From the NCBI GenBank assembly GCA_020184695.1, contig JAANOX010000095.1, positions 186,001 to 250,000 of the forward strand: a stretch of DNA of 64,000 nt, written 5' to 3'. The DNA is from Histomonas meleagridis 2922-C6/04-290x (lineage: Eukaryota; Protista; Parabasalia). The notes under the pieces were generated by a model that did not search any database, had not been told where the DNA came from, and worked only from the letters and a program-made list of their open reading frames with translations. Made by a program: the position numbers and the translations under genes. This document shows positions 31,382 through 42,200 of this stretch, one piece after another (the stretch's first letter is position 1; every line of letters starts with the position of its first letter).

Positions 31382-32794
31382 TTATTCGATTGTATTTAAT
31401 TTCTCCGTTATTTCAGTTTCTTGCTCTGGTACAATAATCCAGAAGCACAACAACGCTGACAAGAATGCGAACACAGAACCACTTCCGATGATTGGAGCCT
31501 TCCAATTCTTCGAAAGTGCGCCAACGCCAGATCCCAACAAAAAGTTTGAGATTTGCTGACCAACAACGCAACATGAGTTAAGTACACCCATATAAGTACC
31601 CATTTGTTCTTGTGAAACGCATGTTCCGACAACAGCATAAGGTACAGAGTTAAATATATTACAAGAAATTCCAAGTGGTGCAAATATACCCATTAAAGCC
31701 CATTTGTTCTTAACAAAGAAAACTAAAACAAGACAAATTCCTTCGATGATTTGTGAGAGTGCATATGCAAGTTTCATTCCACAAATTTGGATGACTTTTT
31801 CTTGGAAGAAGCCATAAATTAGAACAAGAACATTAGAGACAGCAATTACAAGCATACCGAAGTTGACACCATCGTTGTATTGCTCAACTTGCTCTGCAGT
31901 GCCATTGGAGCGACCGTTATAAATGTCAAATCCGAAGAAATCAGTTGTTTCGATGTTAAATGGGTAATAAGCCATCCATGAGAAGAAGAAGACAATGGAA
32001 ATACGGAGAACTGGTTTGGGCACGTTTTTGGCTGCTTGGAAAATTTCTTTTAATGGATTGGCACGAACAGGTTTGATGCGAAGTGGTTCTTCTTTGGCTA
32101 CAACAAAGGTAATGGTAACACCAATTGCAATAAGGATAATACCAACAATGAAAATCAACTTCTCGTTATCAAATGAAAGTTTGAATTTCTTTGCAAGATC
32201 AAGACCACCAATAAGATTGGTAATAATTGCTGCTAGACCAATCATAAGTGAGCCTACTGTGTTGGCTTTGACTTGTTGGCTCTTTGGAACAACATCTCCA
32301 ACAAGTGTACGTGATGGACCTTGAAGGACGTTGATAGAAATGTTGGTGAGAAGAAGCGCAAATGTGAAAATGAAAATTTTGAGACCTTTCTTAGCTGATG
32401 CGGATTTACCCATTGCATCACCAAGAGGTTCAACAAATAATAAAAGAACAAAACCAATTAAAATGCCAATAACGCCAGCTATAATGAATGGACGCCTTCT
32501 ACCCATTTTAGCCATGGTAATATCTGAATAAAAACCAACTAATGGTTGTACAATGAAACCTGAAAGTGGACCTGAGAACCAAATTAATGATTGAACACTT
32601 TGTGCAATTCCAAGGCGTGACATGATTGGTGTACCTAACGCAAATTCAACACTGTATGCAATTTGGAATGCAAGCATTGAGCAACAAATGCCAATAATGT
32701 GGAAGAGTGATAGAGACTCTCTTTGATTGAGTGGCACCCAGTCGGTTTCTTGACCAATTTCTTGGTAACCTACTTGGTCTGCGTTTCGCTCCAT
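31382..32794 (-). CDS. MFS sugar transporter, SUT/SUC-SLC45 family
   Basis: Hallmark SLIWFSGPLSGFIVQPLVGFYSD...GRRRPFI and QGPSRTLVGD motifs; about 12 TM segments. Confidence 0.9.
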   Translation of the reverse strand: MERNADQVGYQEIGQETDWVPLNQRESLSLFHIIGICCSMLAFQIAYSVEFALGTPIMSRLGIAQSVQSLIWFSGPLSGFIVQPLVGFYSDITMAKMGRRRPFIIAGVIGILIGFVLLLFVEPLGDAMGKSASAKKGLKIFIFTFALLLTNISINVLQGPSRTLVGDVVPKSQQVKANTVGSLMIGLAAIITNLIGGLDLAKKFKLSFDNEKLIFIVGIILIAIGVTITFVVAKEEPLRIKPVRANPLKEIFQAAKNVPKPVLRISIVFFFSWMAYYPFNIETTDFFGFDIYNGRSNGTAEQVEQYNDGVNFGMLVIAVSNVLVLIYGFFQEKVIQICGMKLAYALSQIIEGICLVLVFFVKNKWALMGIFAPLGISCNIFNSVPYAVVGTCVSQEQMGTYMGVLNSCCVVGQQISNFLLGSGVGALSKNWKAPIIGSGSVFAFLSALLCFWIIVPEQETEITEKLNTIE

Positions 32795-34049
32795 ATGAAG
32801 GTGATGTGATTTGTTTCTGAAATTTATAATTTTTGTGGTTTATAAATCTTGACAATTCAAAAAATGCCGATAAGAATTTCCTATTCGAAGTTCAATTACA
32901 TATAATTTTGGGATTAACCGAAAGCTAAAGATACTCAGTGGGAAAAATTCTTTTTTCATGTTTAAATATCAAAAGTACAATGAAATACAGATAGATAACT
33001 TTTGTGTCGTTTCACGTTGATTAGATGAGCGCAATTATCTGGATATTTATCAAGATTTCTTCAAGAAAAAAAAATTCTATTTGATGGCACTTTTCAAGTG
33101 GGTATTGGAAAGTGTCAAAAAATGTATGATAATATAATTTTTTTATCAAAGGTTTACCAAATCACAGTTACGGTTTCAACTTTTTGAAAATCAAAAAAAA
33201 CATCAGGAAATAAGTGCTTGTTCAGTATTGCCATTGCCAAACAATTTTAAAATGATATTTTATTCATTGAAGCGAATTTAAAATGACTAATTTTCTAAGA
33301 GAAATTTAAGAAATGATAATTCAGATTGATTTTAAAAAATCAGAAGTGAAATCTTTTTGTACTGTTTTTAAGAATTTATACATGTAAAAACATCCAATGA
33401 AGTAAAGCAATAAAAAAGGCAAAATTTTTACTTGCAATGGAACATGATTTTTTTTAATTTTCAAAGCAAAATGAAATCACATAATTTTACTTAATTTAAT
33501 ACAAAGAGTGGTTCTCATGATAATAATAGTAATATAATCTTAAAACTGATCAACAATTAATTTTGTAAAATTTATTTAGCATGAACGGGGGTTCAAAAAT
33601 GCTTTTCTAGACATTTTGATATGTCACTAAACCATATGAAGAACTTATAGCAATTATAATGTCACTTACGGATAAATATTGTGGGTAAATTATTCGATTT
33701 AAATTTTGTTTGTATAAAATTTCCAAAAGCTTATTTTGAGAGCGCTGTAACTGAAAAGCCCCAATATTTCTGGTATCATTCAATTTTTCAATTTACGAAA
33801 ATCTTTGCAATTGAATTAACTCATCGTTGTTTTTTTCTTTTTCTTTTCTGGATTCTATGGTCTATTTGCTAATATGTAAATTTCCGTTCAACAACAATTT
33901 AACATAAAAAGATATCTGTAAGAAAACCAAAAATATTGGAAAACTTCAGATAATTCTTTTTTGGTGGCTGTTGTTGAGTTTTGGCGGGCTTTATCATCCA
34001 ATCGTTTTCGGTTTTTGCACGTTGGAATTTTGATTAGTTTATTCTTCAA

Positions 34050-37000
34050 ATGGAAGCAAGGGGAAAAGTTGCAATTATTTCATTAGATGGTATTCATTCA
34101 ACCATATTTCATGCAGCTACAGTTGCTGACAGAACAACAGAACAAATCATTAAGGATAATAAATTAAAAACAGAATTACTCGGAATAACAACTCCTTACA
34201 TTCAAAGACCTCTTGCACCGAACGAAGTTCCATCAGCGCTCTACCCAAAAATCATTAGAACAGAAGATTGCGGAAGGTTTAGACTTCCCGCTTATTATTT
34301 AACTGTAATGAATTCAAAACAGCAAGATAAGATTACGTTTTTTGTAAATGTCAGAACAACGCAAAAAGTTACATTTCCACAATTTCCAGTTACAATAGAT
34401 TCTCAACAATTTAATGATAAAACAATAAAAGATTTACTGAAATTCATTGATCGCTCTTTCACATTCTCACATTCAGAGTCGTCATTACAAATTGGAAGTT
34501 TTGTACCTCCAAACGATTATCCGGCCAAAGATTTATTAAATCAAGCACAGACCAAAAATCTCACACTTAAGTGCACATTAAATCAAGAGTACATGGCAAT
34601 TGTAAATCGTAGGTCAGATTTAATCAAGGATCTTCTTCAAACGGAAAAATCATTTATTCGAACACTTCGAGATTTTGTTTCATATTGGCCTTCTTGTCTT
34701 TTAAATGATCATCTCATCACATTTAATGAGACCACGTATATTTTTGGTTTTTACAAAAACTTGATAAAATTACATACAATACTTTTGAACGATATAGAAG
34801 ACAGAGGTTACTATTTTGACACAGAGTTTTCGGATTTGTTTTGTGACTTTGCAGGTAACTTTCAAGAATCAGCTGATTTTTGTAAAAGTCTTGTAAGTGT
34901 TGAAGCCATGTTTCGGATCAAAGAGCAAAACAAAGCATGGCATGAAAAACTCGAAGAGAATCTAAATTCCACTCTTAATCCAACCAGCAAAACACTTTTT
35001 GAACTTCTTAATTTACCAATTGAGCAATATCAAAAATATCTTACATTTCTTTTACAGCTTCGAACAGTTACTCCACCAGCACATCCTGATTCACGTCTAA
35101 TTAACGAAGCCATCGATTTATATCAAGACCATTGCGACACGTTAAAAGACATCAAACGTAAAAGCGAACAAAGTCCTCAAATTATGCAGCTTCAAGATTC
35201 ACTTCACGGTTTTGTAGTGATTTCGCCCAACCGACAGCTTGTGAAGTCCTATAATGTTAAAATCATTGAGCCTGTACCACAAAGAGGGATTATACATTTG
35301 TTTAATAACTTAATTATATTAACAACAACAAAAATGCGGAAAGAACAAGTTTTATTTGAACGAGAATTAAGTGAATTCCGATATAATTATATGGGTTGTG
35401 TATTATCATTTTCGAAGACACAAGAAAAACTTTTCGAATTTAAAGCAGAATTCCAAAACAACGAAGAATTCGAAAACTTTTTACAAGTAGTTGAAGAATG
35501 TCAAATCAAAAGTTATAAAAATTTAGGAAATTATGATAAAATTATGATGTATTCTAACCTGAGGACTGAACAACCAATGCCAAAACTTTCATTCCATCAA
35601 TGTGCTATTTATAATAAACATATTTATTACATTGGTGGGAAGACAGATAATGATCATTACTCAAATGAAATCATTGATTTGGACTTAAATACAATGAAAT
35701 ATCAAAAACATGAGACCCCAATTGGTGACATAATCTATCATTCGGCGGTAGTAAACAAAGATAAGATTTATATATTCGGAGGACTTTCCTCAAATAACCA
35801 AGTAATTAACAAATTTTGGTCATATACACCACGTAACAATGATTGGGAAGAGTTAGAATCTTTGCCAGAAGGTGGTCGATATGGTCATACGATGATATCA
35901 TATGCAAATGATTTATATTTGTTTGGCGGAAGAAATAACACAAAAATATTTGCGGACTTGATGAAATTTAACACTGTAAATAATACATGGCAATCAATTA
36001 ATTCTCCAGGATCACCTAAGCCAAGATATTTCCATACTGCCACAATCCATGGTAATAACATGGTAATATTTGGAGGGAAAGATAAGACTAACGCTAGTTT
36101 ATCGACATTGTTCTTGTTTAATATCAATGATAACAGCTGGAAACGACCGGAGGTTTTGGGCGAAAAAGTGCAAGCACGTTATCTGTGCCATTCAATTATT
36201 TATCACAAATGGTTTTTCTGTTTCGGTGGAACAAATGGCACTGAAATATTTGAGCCGTTTTGTGTACTCTTCTCAAATACAAGAACAACTTTATACAACC
36301 TTAAGTCAGGAGGAAATAGTCGACAAGCATTACTTAATTTCGCGTTGACGATATATAGATCTAATATTTATATACATGGAGGCGTTTTGACGGGATCTGA
36401 AAAATCTTCAAATATGTTATTTAAAGTTCAACTTCCGCATTTGTTGAAACAAATAGAAGAAATTGCTAGAAATACTATCGCTGCTACACCTGGAAGGAAG
36501 AATAATAAGAATGAAGATATTCAATCTGTATTAAATATTACTACTCCTCAAAATAGTAATAGCAGAAGAAGACGTCGACATACACACTTAAGAAGACATT
36601 CTCATCTTGTTTCTCATGGTGAACGTTCTAAAATGAACAATGAAATTAATTTAATTGCTCATGTTCCTTCACCAATTGGTATGCTTGATAAGGATGCTCC
36701 TGCTCCTTTGGATTCATTAGATCCAGAGACTATTATTAATGAAAAGAAAAAAGCTTCAGCTGTTACTCCAAGCAAAAAACCGTCTGACACGAACGATAAA
36801 GAAGAAACTATTGAAAAGCCGAAAGTGACACCCCAAAGAAAGAAAAAACCGCCACTTCCTCCGAAAATTAAGAACATCCCGAGAAGGAAAAGTGACACGT
36901 CGAATGAGGCACCTCGCTCACCAGTGCAACAGACTGATTCACCTTTAATAGGTAGTTCTTATCCACACAAAAATATTCTTAATGACATTTCAGGTGTACC

Positions 37001-37832
37001 ACCACTTGAAATGATTGAAGAATCCAATTCCACTGGAGAAAACTCATCAGAGATATTCAAGAAACCACCACCACTCAAAAGCAAAGGAATTCGAACAATG
37101 AATTCTCAACCAATAATGCCTTTATTGGCTGGTTCAAACCCACTCTTCCCGCCGCCTTTAGATTCTTCTTCTGATGATGAGAACCATATTCCATTAGGCA
37201 AATTTAACCGGCCGCATTTGTTGTCAACACCTCAAATGCCACTTTTGAACTCGATGCCGCCTCCGTTAACGTCTTCTGACTCAGATGAGGAGAACGTTAA
37301 CGGAATAGTAACGCCCAAGAAAAGCCGGCCAAAACCGCCCAAACCTCCCGCTGGCAAAGCGAAACGAAAAGCGCCAGCAAAGAAATCAACTAAAGCGAAA
37401 CCGAAAAGAAAAGAAGAGAAACCAAAAGAAAAAGAAAAAACAGATGAGCCACTGTATAAAGGAACATTACAAGAACCAGTTGCAAGACATGGAAAAGGTT
37501 CTGGAAATAATGCTCGACTCTCATTGCCACGTGGTGGAGCAATCCCAGCATTTTCTCCGAGGTCGTTCTCTAACGCAAAGGTTAACACATTTGCTTCTTT
37601 GGCAAGAGGTGCACAAGTTCCAACATTTACAAATATACAACTTGACGAAACAGGACCAGACAAAAAGAAACTGAACTCAAGCTTGTCGAAGTTCACGTTG
37701 TCGGAAAATGAAGAAAAAGAAGGCGATAAACAACATGTTGAACAAAATATAAAATCGAGTCCCAAAGCTCGAAAGAACAAATCATCGAAACCAAAAGCGC
37801 AACGGAATTCACTTGAAATCGGTATGGCTTAA
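34050..37832 (+). CDS. RhoGEF (DH-PH) + Kelch-repeat protein with Pro/Lys-rich tail
   Basis: RSDLIKDLLQTEKSFIRTL and LFELLNLPIEQYQKYLTFL...TPPAHPD (DH); PH-like region; Kelch GG repeats (IYYIGG, IYIFGG, LYLFGG, MVIFGG, FCFGG). Confidence 0.9.
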   Translation: MEARGKVAIISLDGIHSTIFHAATVADRTTEQIIKDNKLKTELLGITTPYIQRPLAPNEVPSALYPKIIRTEDCGRFRLPAYYLTVMNSKQQDKITFFVNVRTTQKVTFPQFPVTIDSQQFNDKTIKDLLKFIDRSFTFSHSESSLQIGSFVPPNDYPAKDLLNQAQTKNLTLKCTLNQEYMAIVNRRSDLIKDLLQTEKSFIRTLRDFVSYWPSCLLNDHLITFNETTYIFGFYKNLIKLHTILLNDIEDRGYYFDTEFSDLFCDFAGNFQESADFCKSLVSVEAMFRIKEQNKAWHEKLEENLNSTLNPTSKTLFELLNLPIEQYQKYLTFLLQLRTVTPPAHPDSRLINEAIDLYQDHCDTLKDIKRKSEQSPQIMQLQDSLHGFVVISPNRQLVKSYNVKIIEPVPQRGIIHLFNNLIILTTTKMRKEQVLFERELSEFRYNYMGCVLSFSKTQEKLFEFKAEFQNNEEFENFLQVVEECQIKSYKNLGNYDKIMMYSNLRTEQPMPKLSFHQCAIYNKHIYYIGGKTDNDHYSNEIIDLDLNTMKYQKHETPIGDIIYHSAVVNKDKIYIFGGLSSNNQVINKFWSYTPRNNDWEELESLPEGGRYGHTMISYANDLYLFGGRNNTKIFADLMKFNTVNNTWQSINSPGSPKPRYFHTATIHGNNMVIFGGKDKTNASLSTLFLFNINDNSWKRPEVLGEKVQARYLCHSIIYHKWFFCFGGTNGTEIFEPFCVLFSNTRTTLYNLKSGGNSRQALLNFALTIYRSNIYIHGGVLTGSEKSSNMLFKVQLPHLLKQIEEIARNTIAATPGRKNNKNEDIQSVLNITTPQNSNSRRRRRHTHLRRHSHLVSHGERSKMNNEINLIAHVPSPIGMLDKDAPAPLDSLDPETIINEKKKASAVTPSKKPSDTNDKEETIEKPKVTPQRKKKPPLPPKIKNIPRRKSDTSNEAPRSPVQQTDSPLIGSSYPHKNILNDISGVPPLEMIEESNSTGENSSEIFKKPPPLKSKGIRTMNSQPIMPLLAGSNPLFPPPLDSSSDDENHIPLGKFNRPHLLSTPQMPLLNSMPPPLTSSDSDEENVNGIVTPKKSRPKPPKPPAGKAKRKAPAKKSTKAKPKRKEEKPKEKEKTDEPLYKGTLQEPVARHGKGSGNNARLSLPRGGAIPAFSPRSFSNAKVNTFASLARGAQVPTFTNIQLDETGPDKKKLNSSLSKFTLSENEEKEGDKQHVEQNIKSSPKARKNKSSKPKAQRNSLEIGMA

Positions 37833-37986
37833 ATAGTTTGTAGATTTGTAATATGATATTTATAAATGCTTTCCATCAGGATAAATCTGTTTTTTGTGCG
37901 ATTTTAATTCAACGAAATACTTTAAAGTGAATTTTAATTTGGTGCTCGCAGATTTATAGATAAAAATGATGTAAAATTAATTCGAT

Positions 37987-38436
37987 TTACTTAGTGAACT
38001 TAGGCTCAGTTTGGAGGAACTCTGCGTCATGACCTGTTTTAAGTGGTTCTTTGGATTCTTTGGTTTGGATGCAGATTATAACTAAGGGTTCGGTTCCTGT
38101 ATTCTTGTAGCAACGACTAGCTCCAGTTCCAACACGAATAACAGATCCTTCTTCAATTGGGAAAACAGTATCATCGACTTGATATTCACCTTTTCCTTTT
38201 ATTACAATGTATACTTCTTCATTCTCTTTATGCGAATGGAAGAATGAGAGTTGTACTCCTGCTGGAATGGATGTATAGGAAATTTCAGATCCTGTTGCAT
38301 GAAGAGCTTGTTGTAAGAAAACTTTTCCTGGGATTGGTTGTCCCAAACCTGTGAAAACATACTTTTCAATTTCTGATGCAGGGCCAACATTGATGGCAGT
38401 GTAGTTGCTTCCTTCTGATATTGTTTTGATAGACAT
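37987..38436 (-). CDS. Cupin-domain protein, copy 2
   Basis: 149 aa, same 450-nt length and near-identical sequence to 23639-24088. Confidence 0.9.
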   Translation of the reverse strand: MSIKTISEGSNYTAINVGPASEIEKYVFTGLGQPIPGKVFLQQALHATGSEISYTSIPAGVQLSFFHSHKENEEVYIVIKGKGEYQVDDTVFPIEEGSVIRVGTGASRCYKNTGTEPLVIICIQTKESKEPLKTGHDAEFLQTEPKFTK

Positions 38437-39252
38437 TAAATATAAAATGAAGTAAAAACTCGATCATGTTGCGGGAGGAAATGTGATGCGTTTTTTCAGA
38501 AGTTTACGATTGGTCGGATAATCGTTTTGAATCAAAGTTTCAATGAATAAAAACGGTTTTAATTAATCAATAAAATAAACGTGTGATTATTTATGAAATG
38601 TGATCTGAAATGGATTCCAAATCAATTGTTTCTATCAATAAAAATGTGTTTTTCATATTAGATCAAATTTTATTATTTAAGATAATGTGAAAAATGTTTA
38701 TTCTTTATTATGTTATATATCGGGAACTGATTTTAATTTTGTATATAATTTCATAATATAAAAAAAGAATATAATAAATATTGTTTGAATAATCAAATTG
38801 AGTTAATAAAACGTTTTCAATTTTTAGCCATATTTATAAAGGCAACCATAGAATGCATTTCCATCAAAATGCTTTTAAATTATTTTGGAATAAAATCAAA
38901 ATTCATTCATCATCAGTTAATAACTTTTATATTTTAAAACCAAGAAATTTTTCGAATTGCTGGAACTTTTCAACCTAATTGCTCAAAATAAAAAATTGAT
39001 TTTAACGAAAGCATATGACGAAAAACGAAACAAATCAATGTCAGAAAACTGTAATCAAAATTTATAAATTCTCTATCGTCAACGATGGCAACGGTTATTA
39101 TCTTTATCAAAAGTATTCTTCTGACTTAACTCAAAAAGTTGATTTAAAAAAGTAAAAACCACCTCAGAAAAATATCTCGGTTACATCCCAAAAAGTCAAC
39201 ATTTGGCTTCACCTAATATTTCCGACCGTTAAAGACAAGAAAAAAGAAACTT

Positions 39253-42200
39253 ATGAAAGAACAAAGCAAGCCACTTCTCGGACTTAAAGCTTCTCCTCTT
39301 CCAGCATTTTTAGGTAGCAATGATTCTGATGATGATGAGGATATATTTTGTGATGATAGTGATGATGGCTCTTTGTCATTCAAAAAATCTCCTTTATTAC
39401 CACCGATGGAAACAACACCTAAGCCTTCAAAAAAACCAGAAGAAACGAATCAAATTTCATCTTTTGATGAAGCACTTCCAAAAATTACATTATTTCTTTC
39501 AACATTAGATGAATATACAATTCCTGAGCAATACAGTGGTGATTTATATTTTGTTCCAGATCACGTGGCAACAACAGAAAATCTTTCAATGAAACTTCAG
39601 AAATTAGTTAATGAAAATATTGATGAATTTGATACAGAACTTCAAAACATCAATATTTCAGCGCAGGTAAGCATTGTTAAGTATAGGACAGACAAATCAA
39701 TCGATCTTAAAGAATTTATTACTCCAAATACAGATTCAAGAGTATTGACAATTATTTATTTTCTTCTCTCAAAAACAGATAACCAAAAAGAATCACTTTA
39801 TTACAGTATACAAGCAATTTCAGAATTTGTCAAGTCAACTGAAGTTGCACCAATTTCATCACTTTTTGAAGATTTCAAAATCCAAACAATCATCCATAAA
39901 ATTGCTGTATGTCTCATAGGTCTTTTCCCACACCATCCAATTCTTGAATCTGTTCTTAATAGATTATCACGATATGATTCATCCATACCAGAATTGTTTA
40001 GTTTCATCCAAGAAAACGACGACGATGATGATTTTGATTTTGATGATGACGATGATTCATTTTTTGAGTCCATTCAAGAAATGCAACAACGACCTGCGCC
40101 ATTAATGTTACAATCCCGTGCTATCAGAGAGAATCCTCTTGACAACCTTCAACCTGCAGCATCGAAAGTATTCACAGTTACAGTTGCAGAACCTCCATTC
40201 AGTGTCACTTTTTGTCTTACGAACGGTTCTTCACAATTAACCCCCAATCAATTTGTGGATTGGATCACAGCGCTTAACAGTGGGAATCCGATACCAATTC
40301 CTATTAAAAAATCACGTATCGATTCGAACAATAATACGTGTTTAAGTGGCACGCCAAATCCACCACATGATGTTTCTGATGAAAATCTTAGTTCAAATGT
40401 TGAAGCAACAGAAGAAACAATATTAGAATTATTTAATTCTACGCCAGATTCTCAAATGTTATTAACCACTATACCATCACAATTACCACCTAATTTATTT
40501 CCATTATATTATCCATTATTTCAAATTGCAAATCTTTCTGCTATAAAGCCATTTAAAAGAGGTTTTATCTATCCGTCGTTATTAGAGAATGAATATATGG
40601 CACATCAAGGACTTATTAATGGAAACATTGAAGAAATCCAAGATGCAATAAATAATATGCTTAAAAGAGTACCATCAGATTGTAATCTTAAGCCTATAAA
40701 ACCATTAACACCAAAACGAGAATTTAAAACTTCTGAAATTGAGAAAGAAAATGAAAATTTAATAACAGCATTATCATTAGCAGACATCGAAATTGTATTA
40801 CATGGAAGATCACCATTCACATTAAACCAAATGTCACAAGAAGCATTAATACAAATCCCTTATGATCGAAAATGGCGTTCACAAGCGTTATATTATTTTT
40901 ACACTGAATTTTTATTTCATCCATATATCATTTTTCGACTAGCGTTTTCATTAGCTATTAATGTTATTGAATATGATCCATCATTAGCTTGTAGTTTTTT
41001 ATTTGAAGGGATTTATATATTTAATTTATCATATCCATCATTATGTCAAAATGAGTTTTGTAGAGCCGCATATTTATTATTTGGTGAAACACTTGATCAA
41101 ATTGATTGTTATTATTATTCAGCATTATTATTCGATGTATATTTCTTAAGTAATCCACAATCAACAAAATTTTCGAATTCGATTGCACAAATAGCTCAAC
41201 GTAATCGAGATATGAATCGTGCAGTATTTCATTATACACAATCGATGAAACATTTTGTAGATAAAGTTCGTTGTGATGAAGCATTATATATATCACAATT
41301 AATTACATCGATTTATGGAGAATATTCATTGTTTTCAAGTTCTATTAATCTTTTATCATATTTATTACAACGATCTTATAAAATTATGATTGGAAGAAGA
41401 GTCGATCGAATTGATAGTAAGAATAAAACTTTACCACCTGTTCGACCTAATGAACATTCTATTAAAGTATTTGAGCCACCTGCATCTTCTATTAATACAA
41501 TGTTAACTGCATTACATTTAGCTAATTTGTTTATTAAGAAACAATACTTTAAACATGCAAATAATTTACTTAAAACTCTTAAAACAGTTACAACGAATCA
41601 AACGATATTAAAGATAATTGATTTTGTTGTAACTAAAAGATATTATAAGAAGAACAAATTAAACAAATTCTTTCAATCAATATCACATTTAGAAATTAAA
41701 TCACGTAAAGCGACATTAATGTCAAGTGTTTCAATGTTATCAGCATCTAAATTTGATACAAGTATTGCAATCATTCAATTATTAATCTTGAATTATAATT
41801 CATTTAGGTTTTTTAAAAACGGAGTCTTTTGGTCAGAAGTATTAATCCAATCATTATGTAAAAACCATTTAAAAGATATGGGTTATGCTTATTTATATCG
41901 AGGAATTGCTTTAGCTAATGGTTATTCACAAGTATGTTGTATTAATGGTCCGATTTCATTACATGTAACATTTTCACCATTAATGAGTTCAATTGCATTA
42001 TATAACAGAGAAACATTATTTAATAACATCTCTGAATATGTATCAGAAACTTTAGCTACATTACATATAGCTTTAACATCATTTGAGAAAGTTGGCTGTA
42101 TTCGTAAGTCAATCGAAACAATGTTAATATATTTGGATGTATTATTACATTATTTTTTAGATCCGACTTTTAGTGGTAGTGCAATCACAATTCCGCCATT

